Below are positions 63,459 through 64,000 of a stretch of DNA of 64,000 nt, piece after piece. The position numbers and the translations under genes were made by a program. Under the pieces are notes generated by a model. That model was given only the letters and a program-made list of their open reading frames with translations, had not been told where the DNA came from and searched no databases. The first letter of the stretch is position 1. Each line of letters starts with the position of its first letter. The DNA is from a virus: positions 123,649 through 187,648 of IMG/VR virus record IMGVR_UViG_3300045988_178965, one strand, 5' to 3'.

Positions 63459-64000
63459 ATGTCAGAAAGAAAGTTAAGGCCAATAGATTGGAAGAAAACT
63501 GACTCCGAAAACTTTTCAGAATTAATGGCCCAAGGGTTTGCTGATAGGAATATGGAATACCTTCCTGGCGGACTTGTTTTGAAGAAGCCCATATTGGTAG
63601 AAGATGAACATGGATCAAGTGAGATACAGGTTATCGGAATACCATTTAAAAATGTATTCGGTAAAACAAAATTCAGGTATAATCGAATAAGACTGTCAGA
63701 CTTCGAATATGCAAATAAACAGCTTATTGGAGACAAAATATCCCCAATAAGACTAAAAGAGCTAAATGATGACGAGTCTGTTCTTGTAGAGACTAAGAAG
63801 GTTTTATCAAAAAGGCTATCAATACTGCCACAAAGATTTGTACTAGAGCTTATAGAAAAAGAGCTAAAAGAATCTGGGGATCCTAGATATAAATACAAGT
63901 TCTATTTTAATATACCTGAAACAGACTTTACGGATAAAGAAAACGGATTATCGATAATCAACGATAAAGACGTATTCGTGTATGTTGAGAAAACAAATGT
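63459..64000 (+). CDS. hypothetical protein, 5' part (runs off the right edge)
   Basis: Not in the track (no stop in the window). ATG 63459 is preceded by AGGAAGGA. Translation MSERKLRPIDWKKTDSENFSELMAQGFADRNMEYLPGG... stays open to position 64000. The listed antisense ORF 63437..63898 is low-complexity. Confidence 0.6.
   Translation, partial: MSERKLRPIDWKKTDSENFSELMAQGFADRNMEYLPGGLVLKKPILVEDEHGSSEIQVIGIPFKNVFGKTKFRYNRIRLSDFEYANKQLIGDKISPIRLKELNDDESVLVETKKVLSKRLSILPQRFVLELIEKELKESGDPRYKYKFYFNIPETDFTDKENGLSIINDKDVFVYVEKTN

Noticed and set aside
63437-63898. 153-aa minus-strand ORF at the right end
   Set aside because: The translation is Ser-rich and low-complexity. The plus strand carries a well-formed gene (ATG 63459 with AGGAAGGA RBS) that stays open to the window edge.
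1-64000. tRNA genes, rRNA, CRISPR arrays, integrase/attP, transposases
   Set aside because: I looked for T-loop-like GGTTCGAA/GTTCAAAT motifs in the non-coding gaps, for regularly spaced direct repeats, and for recombinase motifs. I found none. A proper tRNAscan, minced or HMM run is still needed.

Overview
The window reads as one contiguous piece of a tailed dsDNA bacteriophage genome. It is AT-rich by eye, tightly packed with ORFs, and I saw no rRNA, tRNA, CRISPR array, integrase or transposase. All family calls come from motif recognition by eye; no alignment, HMM or folding program was run. There are two opposed transcription blocks. Block 1 (1-30.96 kb) is almost entirely minus strand and early/middle-type. 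It holds a Prs-like fragment, an AAA+ ATPase, an rIIA/rIIB pair, two ~1150-aa single-chain two-barrel RNA polymerase candidates, an abundant SSB-like protein with an acidic ...DDEDGPF tail, and an RNase H-like protein. It also holds a NADAR protein, a SleB-type hydrolase, an unlisted 59-aa Bfd-like [2Fe-2S] protein, a trimeric autotransporter adhesin and many small membrane or secreted proteins. Block 2 (31.5-64 kb) is plus strand. It starts with a lysis cassette (holin-like, spanin-like, GH24 lysozyme) and continues with packaging, head and virion genes. These include a Zn-ribbon protein split by a mini-intein, a PD-(D/E)xK nuclease, a DEDDh exonuclease, a large terminase carrying a LAGLIDADG intein, a portal, a protease-scaffold, a major capsid protein and fibre-like proteins. 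The most interesting signals are: (1) the two divergent paralogous fused beta/beta'-type RNAPs; (2) about 17 copies of a conserved minus-sense element, GTGTCGGT-NN-TTTT, usually the 3' arm of a hairpin whose mismatches become G.U pairs only in the minus sense, confined to 14.2-26.6 kb; (3) a perfect consensus sigma70 promoter (35484-35512) driving ~0.6-0.8 kb of ORF-free, hairpin-rich sequence just upstream of the packaging genes, a candidate large ncRNA; (4) inteins in both packaging-module proteins; (5) several long ORF-free, repeat-rich or GC-rich islands (14.64-15.07, 20.17-21.3, 30.96-31.58 kb); (6) a set of candidate counter-defence and envelope-modifying genes.
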